The notes under the pieces: generated by a model
The model's database searches: none
Told to the model about the DNA's origin: nothing
Seen by the model: only the letters and a program-made list of their open reading frames with translations
Position numbers and translations under genes: made by a program
In this document: positions 17,568 to 26,329 of the stretch, one piece after another
How positions within the stretch are numbered: position 1 is the stretch's first letter
Layout of the letters: every line of letters starts with the position of its first letter
Assembly: GCA_964651815.1 (NCBI GenBank)
Contig: CAZYWG010000001.1
Coordinates: 129,189-193,188 of the forward strand
Source of the DNA: an uncultured Gammaproteobacteria bacterium
Lineage (GTDB): Bacteria > Patescibacteriota > Microgenomatia > Levybacterales > GWA1-39-11
Direction of reading: 5' to 3'
DNA length: 64,000 nt

Positions 17568-20392
17568 GCATTTTTGAGTGCATCGATATTTTCTTCAAAA
17601 AGATTTTTATTAGATTGGCCGACGGTTATAAAATTATTTTTCGTTGTTTTACCGACTATTTTGTACGGTACTTTCTTAAATAAGTTTCTGGCGACATTGC
17701 TGCTCTCGACTTCCACAATAAAGCAACCTGCCGTTTCATTGAATAAAAAGTTTTCGGCAATTTCTTTTTTTGGGATTTCAATATTTACGCCAACACCACC
17801 CCCAATACACATTTCAAAAATTGAAGTGATTAGACCGCCTTCTGAAACATCATGACATGCAAGGATTTTTCCGCTCTTTATTCCTTTATAAATTGAGGTA
17901 AATATGCGAGGTAAAGTTTTTAAATCAGCTCTTGGGACGTCTCCCCCAGAAATCATTAAGCTTTCTAAAAATACTGATCCTCCCATTGCATCCATGTGTT
18001 GCTTACCGACAAGACAAATGACTGAATCAGCTTTTTTAAAATCTGTTGTTGCCGTCTTTGCCACATCCGGAATCCTGCCGAATGCCGAGATACATAAAAC
18101 CGGAGGAATTTTTAAAATGAAATTATCTTTACCACGGTAAGTTGATGACAGACTGTCTTTTCCGGAAATGACAGGTGTTTTGAAAATTTTCATAAGATCG
18201 CAAACAGCATCAACTGATCGGTCGAGCGACCACAAAGATTCTTCATCAGGAAAAGGCCAAATGTAATTATTGATTAAAGATGCCTCACGATAATCTCCAC
18301 CCACTGCAACATAATTTGATAAAGCTTCAACGCCTGCCCAAATACTCCCCCAATACGGATCAATATTATTGAGAACTGGATTTAATCCATGAGAAACAAC
18401 CATACCGTATGGCTTATTTAAAATTGGACGAACAACAGACGCGTCATTCGGGGCATCAAGTTTCACTCCAGAAAAAGGCTGCACAACGCTTGTCCCTTGT
18501 ACAGTATGGTCATACAAACGGACAATAGGTTCTTTTGAGCAAATATTCCCAGATGACAGAACTTTTTTTAAAACGCTAACCCATTCACTTTTAGTTTTTA
18601 TTCGAATGGATTTACCTTGAACGCGTACCGAAGAGACGGGTTGAATGGGTTTTTTTGCAACCATTTTTCTTTGCGGAAGACCATTGTGTAAGAATCCCAT
18701 ATCAAGATCTGCCACAAGTTCTTTTCCATAATAAACTTCCAGTTTTTTATTTCCGGTAAAAACTCCTAGCTCTGAGAATTCAACATTATATTTTTTGCAA
18801 ATTTTGGCAAATGTTGTAATTTTATTTTTGGGAACTACAACAATCATCCTCTCTTGGGACTCAGAAAGCCAAATTTCCCAAGGGGAAAGTCCCGGGTATT
18901 TTAACCGTTCATTTTTAAGTTGGACTTTTACACCAGTCTCCTTGCCAATTTCTCCAATTGCAGAAGATAAACCACCTCCACCGCTATCTTGAAGTGCCCG
19001 TATTATTTCTTTATCTCTCGCTTCAATTATTGCATCAAACATTCTTTTTTCTTCGATCGCATTTCCTATCTGAACTGCCTGCGCGTTGACTGAGATAGTT
19101 TGGTGAGTCATTTCACCACTGGAAAAAGTTGCGCCGTGAATTCCGTCGCGGCCAACTCTTCCACCCACGCTTATAACTTTATCTCCGACAACGGGCTTTC
19201 CAATCTTTGCGAGTTTTTTTGGTAAAATCCCATATGCGCCAACAAGCACCGTAGGTTTTGCGCGGAAGTCATCATGAAAATGAAATGAACCGTTGTTGGT
19301 TGGAATTCCCATACGGTTGCCGTAATCGCGAACCGCAGCGACAACACGTTTCAGCATATAATCAGGTGCAAGACATCCGGGTGGAAGAATTGATTTTGGC
19401 ATAGTAGGTAGCGCAAGACAAAAAATGTCAGTTGAAACAAGAGTTTTTGCGCCTTGTCCAGTTGCAACAATATCCCTAAACACTCCGCCGGATCCGGTCA
19501 TAGCTCCTCCGTATGGCTCAATTGCCGAAGGGCTGTTGTGAGTTTCCGCCTTTCCGCAAATTGCCCATCCATCATAAAAATCTGTAACCCCCGAATTATC
19601 AACAAATGCTGAGACAATAAGTTTTTTGTGTTTTAAAGCTTCTTTTTGAATTCTTTTAATTAAGGGCTCCTTTGCTTTGCCATCAACAGTGAGCTTTGCC
19701 CTAAATGTCTTGTGTCCCGAATGTTCACTCCAAGTTTGCGCCAACGTCTCAACTTCACAATCTGTTGGATCCCGCTTAATTTTCTCAAAATAAGCCTGAA
19801 TTACTTTCATCTCTGTAAGATTTAAGAAAAGCTTTCCACGCGAGAGTTGAACAAGCTCCTCATCATTCATTTTGCGGATTTTAATAACTTTTGTTTTTCC
19901 AACAATTCCAGTTATCTGAAGTGTTTTTGGTGCTTTTTCAACTATTTGTTCAATCAGCTTGTTGTACAAATTAAGCTTGTTAATATTATCGACAGCGTTT
20001 TTCTTGTTTGCACCAAAAAGGTAATATTCTGTGCTTGCATCGGCTGCTTTGAGTTTAACGTTAAGATCCCGAGCCGCCTTCATAATTGATGCCACCTCAG
20101 GATTCATAACTCCCGGCTTATAGGCAATCTCAATAACTGCAGACTCTGTCTTTGCGAGACCGAAGGTCGAAGCAATCTCTTTTTGGGAGTTTAATGAATA
20201 GATTTGATTTATTTTTTCGCAAAATAATTTTTCTGCTAAAATCTTGGCTGCTTTTTGATCAATTCCTTCAAGCCTATAAACTCGTGCTGTCCTAACATTT
20301 GCTATTTTAGGGTTTTTTAAATCTTGCTTTACGTTGAGGCCTTTTGTGTCGTCTCGGGCTAGAGCCTGTATTACACGAATTGTTTGAATCAT
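17534..20392 (-). CDS. purL: Phosphoribosylformylglycinamidine synthase II (PurL) with an N-terminal ~190-aa extension that looks like two tandem PurS-like modules (a PurS-PurS-PurL fusion)
   Basis: The PurL core begins at ...AQTWSEHSGHKTFRAK. The N-terminal segments IRVIQALARDDTKGLNVKQDLK... and IEIAYKPGVMNPEVASIMKAARDLN... resemble PurS (compare TLKPGVLDPQG). No separate purS ORF is present. Confidence 0.85.
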   Translation of the reverse strand: MIQTIRVIQALARDDTKGLNVKQDLKNPKIANVRTARVYRLEGIDQKAAKILAEKLFCEKINQIYSLNSQKEIASTFGLAKTESAVIEIAYKPGVMNPEVASIMKAARDLNVKLKAADASTEYYLFGANKKNAVDNINKLNLYNKLIEQIVEKAPKTLQITGIVGKTKVIKIRKMNDEELVQLSRGKLFLNLTEMKVIQAYFEKIKRDPTDCEVETLAQTWSEHSGHKTFRAKLTVDGKAKEPLIKRIQKEALKHKKLIVSAFVDNSGVTDFYDGWAICGKAETHNSPSAIEPYGGAMTGSGGVFRDIVATGQGAKTLVSTDIFCLALPTMPKSILPPGCLAPDYMLKRVVAAVRDYGNRMGIPTNNGSFHFHDDFRAKPTVLVGAYGILPKKLAKIGKPVVGDKVISVGGRVGRDGIHGATFSSGEMTHQTISVNAQAVQIGNAIEEKRMFDAIIEARDKEIIRALQDSGGGGLSSAIGEIGKETGVKVQLKNERLKYPGLSPWEIWLSESQERMIVVVPKNKITTFAKICKKYNVEFSELGVFTGNKKLEVYYGKELVADLDMGFLHNGLPQRKMVAKKPIQPVSSVRVQGKSIRIKTKSEWVSVLKKVLSSGNICSKEPIVRLYDHTVQGTSVVQPFSGVKLDAPNDASVVRPILNKPYGMVVSHGLNPVLNNIDPYWGSIWAGVEALSNYVAVGGDYREASLINNYIWPFPDEESLWSLDRSVDAVCDLMKIFKTPVISGKDSLSSTYRGKDNFILKIPPVLCISAFGRIPDVAKTATTDFKKADSVICLVGKQHMDAMGGSVFLESLMISGGDVPRADLKTLPRIFTSIYKGIKSGKILACHDVSEGGLITSIFEMCIGGGVGVNIEIPKKEIAENFLFNETAGCFIVEVESSNVARNLFKKVPYKIVGKTTKNNFITVGQSNKNLFEENIDALKNAWKEPMQKFFP

Positions 20393-20516
20393 AAAAGAAG
20401 AATAAATAACGTCATTCTCATTTTCAACGTTTTATGTATATATTATTTTTCCCGCAAAATCAACACTATTTACTCCTTGCCATATTCAATAAATTATTAT
20501 AAGATATACTTTCTCT

Positions 20517-21680
20517 ATGGCAATGTCTCGTGAAGGACTTACATATAGCACACGGCCGGACCACACACGTTCTCCAGAAAGAGAACGCTTCAACTTGGTT
20601 ATAGCGTCTGATCTTGAAGGCCCACATCTATTAGGGGATACAGCATTAAACGTAATGTCTGCCTATGTTCGTCCCGCAAACGGTGATCCAAATATTGATT
20701 ATGGTGCGGAATTATATGGACAAACATATGAATGGTTTGAAGAAAATTTCGATTCAAAGGGTCTTGGTCAAGAAGGTTCTGATATTGCTTTAGCTCTTGG
20801 TCTACTCATGAATTTTGGTGTTACCGGTAAAAATTTACACGAGCATGCTCTTACCTCAAAGATGGCTCCTTTTTCAGATAAATATAGAAGCTATGCCAAA
20901 TCAGAAAGCGGACTTTTATTTGGTGTGACTACAGCATGGGAGCAACCTCACAAACCAATAGTTCTTGGTCAGTTAAATTTTGACGGAATGAAAGGAACCG
21001 ATTTCCCGATTGATGACTCTACTAGAAAAATGAAAGAGTCCGGAAAATTGGATGAAGAGATGGAATTAGTTGGTAAATTTTTAGAAGACAGTTTTACCTT
21101 AATTGAAAATCGTGCTAATGCGGTTGATGAGGAGAGAGATCTCTTTGCTGTATTGCTCAGAGAAAGAATTAACAAATTTTATGGAGAGGAGATTGGAATA
21201 TCATGGGATGATAAAGGCAAGATGATTCCGGCTGCCGGTGGATTTAGAACTAAGCTTGGAGAAATCATGTCAACTCTTGATGTAATTGGTGATAAAAGAA
21301 AAGAACAGGTGGCTCAAGATTTGTTTACGAATTCTGCAACACCAAATGCGGTAAAACTTGCTATAGGAGATGGATTTAACGACAGGCGTATGCTGGCAAG
21401 CGCCCCTTGGTCAATAGGGCTCAATGGGGCAAAAGCAGCGGAAGCGGCAAAAATAGGTGTTATAACTCCGGATATCAGCACACTAATTGAAATAACGGAG
21501 CTGATTAAAAGGGACCCAAGACCAACACCTGCACGAATTGAACAAGTTGTTTTTGAATCAAATAGAATCCTAGGTGACAGGGCAATTGTGCACGCTGGAG
21601 GGCCACTATCCAAATTTCACCAAGACAAACACCAAGATATGAAAAAGGAAATTAGAGGAAAAGGTGCGCTTCTTCCCTAA
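20517..21680 (+). CDS. Hypothetical protein, possibly a HAD-superfamily-like hydrolase
   Basis: 387-aa protein. The C-terminal GDGFNDRRML resembles HAD motif IV (GDGxNDxxM). The N-terminal VIASDLEGP is a degenerate motif I. GC content is slightly above the local average. Confidence 0.35.
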   Translation: MAMSREGLTYSTRPDHTRSPERERFNLVIASDLEGPHLLGDTALNVMSAYVRPANGDPNIDYGAELYGQTYEWFEENFDSKGLGQEGSDIALALGLLMNFGVTGKNLHEHALTSKMAPFSDKYRSYAKSESGLLFGVTTAWEQPHKPIVLGQLNFDGMKGTDFPIDDSTRKMKESGKLDEEMELVGKFLEDSFTLIENRANAVDEERDLFAVLLRERINKFYGEEIGISWDDKGKMIPAAGGFRTKLGEIMSTLDVIGDKRKEQVAQDLFTNSATPNAVKLAIGDGFNDRRMLASAPWSIGLNGAKAAEAAKIGVITPDISTLIEITELIKRDPRPTPARIEQVVFESNRILGDRAIVHAGGPLSKFHQDKHQDMKKEIRGKGALLP

Positions 21681-21683
21681 AAT

Positions 21684-22637
21684 ATGCCAAGTGTTATAGG
21701 AATCGGATCAACATTTGTCGATTACTTTTTTGAAGCTGATAAGAAATTTCTCAAAGACTACAAGCTCAAACCGGAAGACGACGTTTTTTTTGAAGATAAA
21801 GGTATAACACTAAATCAGATTTTAAGTAAACTTACTCTTCTTTCAAAAAGTCCCGGTGGAATGTCAACAAATACTACCGCTGTTTTATCAAAGCTTGGGG
21901 AAAAAGCAGGATTTTACGGAATTGTAGGCCAAGACGAAAACGAAAAAATATGGAAAGAGAAATTACCAAACGTTGATTTGAGTCATGTAAAAACTCTTGG
22001 GACAACTTCTGTATGCGCATGTATTCTGACAGGGAAACAAAAACATAGACTTTTTATATCAAGTATGAATCACGCAGATAATTTATTTTTTGACAATGTT
22101 GATTATCTTTTTTTAAACAGCGCAAAACTAATTCATGTTTCTCCATTTTTACTTGATCCTGAAGGAACAATTCCCAGAGTCGCCGCTCTCCTTGAAAAAA
22201 TTGATAAACCCCAAATAAGTTTTACTCCAAGCCTTATATATAGTTGGCTAGGGCTTAAGGCAATTGAGCCGATAATTAAAAACGTAGACATTATTTTTTT
22301 TAACACAGAGGAATTAAAAGCGCTTACAAATAAATCCCCAAAGATTGGAAGTAAAATACTTCTAAAGTGTGGTCCCAAAATTGTTGTCTGCACAATGGGT
22401 AAAAAGGGTGTTTTGATAACAACACAAGACATGCAATTTTTAACTAAAACTAGGCCGGTCAAAAAGATAGTTGATTCGACAGGTGCTGGAGACGCTTTTG
22501 CCGCCGGATTTTTATTTGGAATTTTAAATAAAAAAACGCTTCAATGGTCTGCCAGTTTTGGAAATAAAGTTGCTTCAAATGCGCTTACTGATTATGGGCT
22601 TTCTTGGCTAAAAGATTTTAAACCAAGCGATTTATAA
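21684..22637 (+). CDS. PfkB-family carbohydrate/nucleoside kinase
   Basis: DSTGAGDAFAAGFLFGIL is the PfkB C-terminal anion-hole motif. There is an N-terminal GG-type motif. Confidence 0.8.
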   Translation: MPSVIGIGSTFVDYFFEADKKFLKDYKLKPEDDVFFEDKGITLNQILSKLTLLSKSPGGMSTNTTAVLSKLGEKAGFYGIVGQDENEKIWKEKLPNVDLSHVKTLGTTSVCACILTGKQKHRLFISSMNHADNLFFDNVDYLFLNSAKLIHVSPFLLDPEGTIPRVAALLEKIDKPQISFTPSLIYSWLGLKAIEPIIKNVDIIFFNTEELKALTNKSPKIGSKILLKCGPKIVVCTMGKKGVLITTQDMQFLTKTRPVKKIVDSTGAGDAFAAGFLFGILNKKTLQWSASFGNKVASNALTDYGLSWLKDFKPSDL

Positions 22638-22646
22638 CAAAGCGAA

Positions 22647-24302
22647 TTATTGTGGCGTTGGCTTTGGGCTTTCAAAAATCTCCCCAACCTGTCTTAGAAT
22701 TTGATTCGGCTTTTTAAATCTTTTTAGAACTGCAATAATATAATAAGCCTCTTTTATATCAAGGAGCCACGTCAAAAAAATATAAGCCGCGAGTCCTGCC
22801 ACAGAAGCAATACCCGTAAGAAGCAATAAATTGACAGTGCGTGTGGTATCAAAAACTAGTTGGTCTAACAATTTTATTGGTACATAAAGACATATTCCAG
22901 TAATAATAGTTGCGGTGGCTATTTTTGCAAATGAGATTATCATTTCTATTTTGGGCAAAGTGATTTTCTGCTCGAGTAAAACTATCATAATAATTACGCT
23001 CATTACAGACGCCAATGAAAATGCAAATGCTAACGAATATATAGGTAAATGATTTATTAAAATGAAAAAATATGCAATCACTATGTTAAAAAAAACAGAC
23101 CCAAGTGTAACATAAAGCGGCGTTTTTGAATCATGATAAGCATAAAATGCACGAGACAAGAGAAATGACAACGAAGTTGCCGCAACGGAAATTGAAAAGT
23201 AGGCAAGTGTCAAACCTGTCTCAACTGTTGCTGCCCAATCAAAACGAGATGCCCCAAAAAAAAGTCTTACAAGCGGAATTCTAAGAACTATTAAAATCGC
23301 AGAAAGAGGCAGAGTCAAATATAGTATTTGGTTGAAAGAACTCGTAAATATTGACGTGAATTCACTTTTGTTATTTGTTTTAAGTGACATGGCGGGAAAG
23401 GATGCTTGAGCAATTGATTGACCAATTAAAAGCACCGGCGCCATTGCAAGGGTTTGCGCCAAATCCAAAACAACAAGCGAACGTGCCGATACAAATGACG
23501 CAAAGAATACGTTTGCAGTTGCTGCAATTTGTGAAACAACCAAAGTAAAAGATCTTGGTATCATAAGTTTTGTCAATCTATTTACACCAACACTTGTTTT
23601 AAAAGATATAAAAAATTTGAATCCTACATTAAAAAGAAGAGGAATTTGAACTATACAAAAGAAAAGAGATCCGAGCGCGACGCCCAATGTGGCGCCATAA
23701 ATTCCAAAATGGAAAAAATAGGAAAAAATGATTAGTCCAAGAATTATACCCAGGTTATAAAACGCCGATGCAATTCCTGGAATTACAAAATGCTGAAATG
23801 ATTGAAGGATTGCAGTAAAAAGTGTCCCTAGAATAAAGAAAACTTGTGATAATTGAATAATAATCATTAAATTTGCCATAAGAGCGAGTTCTGGTTTTGA
23901 AAAACCAGGTGCAACAAGACTTGCAAGCGGATATGCAAAAATAACAATTATTATGGAAATGAAGATAAAAAATAACGCCCCAATGCTTACGAGAGATGAT
24001 GTAAATTCATACGCTTCTTGTTTTTTGTCCTTACTCAGAAAATCTGTAAATATTGGAATAAATGAAGCTGTAAGAGCGCCCGAAATAACTACTTGAAAAA
24101 CAAAATCTGGCACCCTAAATGCTGCAAGAAAAACCCCTAGATCTGAAGACGCCCCAAAAAGGGCAACAAGCAACCTGTATTTAAGAACGCCGAATAATTG
24201 GGAGAGGATTGTTGTCAGAATTATGAAGGTTGCTGCAGTAAAAATATTTGTTTGACGAGACGTAAATGCATTAATACCCCGCTTTACAATATTTGAAACC
24301 AT
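22647..24302 (-). CDS. murJ: Lipid II flippase MurJ (MviN family)
   Basis: 551-aa protein with about 14 TM helices. The N-terminus ...AATFIILTTILSQLFGVLKYRLLVALFGASSDLGVFLAAFRVPDF is typical of MurJ. Confidence 0.85.
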   Translation of the reverse strand: MVSNIVKRGINAFTSRQTNIFTAATFIILTTILSQLFGVLKYRLLVALFGASSDLGVFLAAFRVPDFVFQVVISGALTASFIPIFTDFLSKDKKQEAYEFTSSLVSIGALFFIFISIIIVIFAYPLASLVAPGFSKPELALMANLMIIIQLSQVFFILGTLFTAILQSFQHFVIPGIASAFYNLGIILGLIIFSYFFHFGIYGATLGVALGSLFFCIVQIPLLFNVGFKFFISFKTSVGVNRLTKLMIPRSFTLVVSQIAATANVFFASFVSARSLVVLDLAQTLAMAPVLLIGQSIAQASFPAMSLKTNNKSEFTSIFTSSFNQILYLTLPLSAILIVLRIPLVRLFFGASRFDWAATVETGLTLAYFSISVAATSLSFLLSRAFYAYHDSKTPLYVTLGSVFFNIVIAYFFILINHLPIYSLAFAFSLASVMSVIIMIVLLEQKITLPKIEMIISFAKIATATIITGICLYVPIKLLDQLVFDTTRTVNLLLLTGIASVAGLAAYIFLTWLLDIKEAYYIIAVLKRFKKPNQILRQVGEIFESPKPTPQ

Positions 24303-24444
24303 ATAAGATCAACAACAGTTAACAATTAACAACCGGCGAAGAGTATTCGGTCAATTGTCAGTTGCTAGAGGTCAATTGTTGTAATATCCAGTATATCATG
24401 CTAAAATTCCCATGCCCAGATAGAAAATGCTGTAATTCTCTGTC

Positions 24445-24801
24445 TTGGAAAATATGCCGGTAATAAAGTCTGCAATTAAAAAATTAAGGAAAGACAGAAA
24501 GCGAGAGCGTGAAAATGACGCTTTCCGTAATGAGCTTGATAAAACTGTAAAAGAGGCTAAAAAATTGAAAACCTCAAAAGCGGTTTCTTCAGCTTCTTCT
24601 ATTTTGGATCGTGCTGTTAAGAAAAACCTTCTTCACAAAAACCGAGCAGCCAGAATTAAATCTTCTCTTGCAAAACTTGCCGGCCCCGTAAAAGGAAAAG
24701 CCAAACTAGCCGAAAAAACCACTTCCGTTAAAACTAAAAGTGTAACAAAAACGAAGTCTAAAAAAACTCAATCAAAACCCCCTAAGAAAACCTCCAAATA
24801 A
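24445..24801 (+). CDS. rpsT: 30S ribosomal protein S20 (bS20) with a Lys-rich C-terminal extension
   Basis: MPVIKSAIKKLRKDRKRERENDAFRNEL...LHKNRAARIKSSLAKL is a bS20 signature. The start is possibly at MPVIKS (24454). Confidence 0.85.
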   Translation: MENMPVIKSAIKKLRKDRKRERENDAFRNELDKTVKEAKKLKTSKAVSSASSILDRAVKKNLLHKNRAARIKSSLAKLAGPVKGKAKLAEKTTSVKTKSVTKTKSKKTQSKPPKKTSK

Positions 24802-24849
24802 GCGCTTTAGCTTTTTGACAAACCCTAAAAAACTCTCTAAACTAAATTC

Positions 24850-25395
24850 ATGCCTGATTCACCACACGTGAAGATTAATCTTATTGGGAAACAAAAAATA
24901 ACCCTTGGGGAGGATTTTTTGAGATGGGCAGTTAAGGCTGGAAGAATTATAATTGTAGTAACTGAGCTTATAGCTCTTGGCGCACTTTTATATCGCTTTA
25001 CAATTGACCGTAAAATAATTGACCTCCACGACAAAATAAAAAACGAACAACTTCTTGTAGAAAGCCAAAAGCCCAAAGAAACCACTTATAGAAGCATCCA
25101 GTCGCGTCTTGACAATGTAAAAACAATACAAGAAGAAACTAAAGCTAAAATCAATATTATGAACAGCATTGTATCGTCAATTTCCGATGGAGATTTCACC
25201 TCAACCAATATAACAGTTGATCAAAACACTATAGAAGTTCAAGGAGTCGCATTTTCAATTTTTCCTATAAATGCTTTTATAGATACTCTTAAAAAGGACC
25301 CTAATGTGACCTCTATAAGTCTTGACGATGTTACGAGCAGCAACCAAGGAGTCGGGTTTAAGATGAGTCTAGAAATAAAAGGACCAAGCTCATGA
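24850..25395 (+). CDS. PilN-like type IV pilus assembly protein (bitopic)
   Basis: Short cytoplasmic N-terminus KINLIGKQK (compare the PilN INLLP start), one TM helix, a coiled-coil region and a periplasmic-type domain. It is translationally coupled to the next gene. Confidence 0.45.
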   Translation: MPDSPHVKINLIGKQKITLGEDFLRWAVKAGRIIIVVTELIALGALLYRFTIDRKIIDLHDKIKNEQLLVESQKPKETTYRSIQSRLDNVKTIQEETKAKINIMNSIVSSISDGDFTSTNITVDQNTIEVQGVAFSIFPINAFIDTLKKDPNVTSISLDDVTSSNQGVGFKMSLEIKGPSS

Positions 25396-26018
25396 AATTC
25401 AAACTACCAAAATTTAATTCACTGAAATTTATACTTATAAAAGAGTATAGAAAATTACAAGCCTACTTAGGTACTATAAATAGCGAAAAACTTAAGGGTT
25501 ATACATATATAGTCCTCACCTTATTTACTGTTTCATTCTTTGGATTGGCCGCAATAAGCCCAACTCTAAATACTGTAATTAATTTAGATAAACAGTTTGA
25601 CGATAATTCCCTTGTTTATAATGCTCTAAAACAAAAACTCTCAAACCTAGTCTCACTTGATGAACAGTACACAAACCTACAGGATGATATAAATTCCGTG
25701 TATTCGGCAATTCCTAAGAGTCCCAAAATACCCTTACTTACGCGTCAAATAGAAAATTTAGCAAAAATGAACAATCTTATCGTTTCCAAACTAACATTCG
25801 GAACAGTAGAAATTTATCCTAATGATAAAGGAATTCCAATATATTCTTTCACATTTACAGTTGAGGTCGTAGGTAATCGTTCTGACGCGAATAATTTTAT
25901 TGCCGACATAATCAATTTTGATAGAATAGTTGGAATTGATAGAGTAGTTACAGGTGTAAATCAGGAGAAACAATATAACTTGTCCTTCACTGGACGCGCC
26001 TATTTTATACCTGACTAA
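25392..26018 (+). CDS. PilO-like type IV pilus assembly protein (bitopic)
   Basis: N-terminal TM helix and a coiled coil, then AIPKSPKIPLLTRQIENLAKMNNLIVSKLTFG, which resembles the conserved PilO core. Confidence 0.5.
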   Translation: MKFKLPKFNSLKFILIKEYRKLQAYLGTINSEKLKGYTYIVLTLFTVSFFGLAAISPTLNTVINLDKQFDDNSLVYNALKQKLSNLVSLDEQYTNLQDDINSVYSAIPKSPKIPLLTRQIENLAKMNNLIVSKLTFGTVEIYPNDKGIPIYSFTFTVEVVGNRSDANNFIADIINFDRIVGIDRVVTGVNQEKQYNLSFTGRAYFIPD

Positions 26019-26019
26019 T

Positions 26020-26328
26020 ATGCTTAAAAACCTTCTTTATTTTGCAATATTTACAACACTTATAGTTTCATCGTGGGTTGTTTTTGGAATTTACCACAGC
26101 AGCGTTACTTCAACTATAACGCCCGATACAACACTGATAATCACGCCTATCCCTTCTAGTTTTGACACCAAAACTATTAATAATATTAAAACCAGGCAAA
26201 TTATCCCCGCAGATATTTCTTTAGCAAGATCCGGGGGGGTAGCATCCAAATCTGGCACACCTTCTATTAACATCCCTTCTCCAACTTCCGTAATAGTTAA
26301 TAATTCTACTCCGTCGGCTGCTTTATGA
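26020..26328 (+). CDS. Small membrane-anchored protein with a Ser/Thr/Pro-rich tail (possibly a PilP-like accessory protein)
   Basis: 102-aa protein with an N-terminal TM helix, directly following the pilN/pilO-like genes. Confidence 0.3.
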   Translation: MLKNLLYFAIFTTLIVSSWVVFGIYHSSVTSTITPDTTLIITPIPSSFDTKTINNIKTRQIIPADISLARSGGVASKSGTPSINIPSPTSVIVNNSTPSAAL

Positions 26329-26329
26329 T

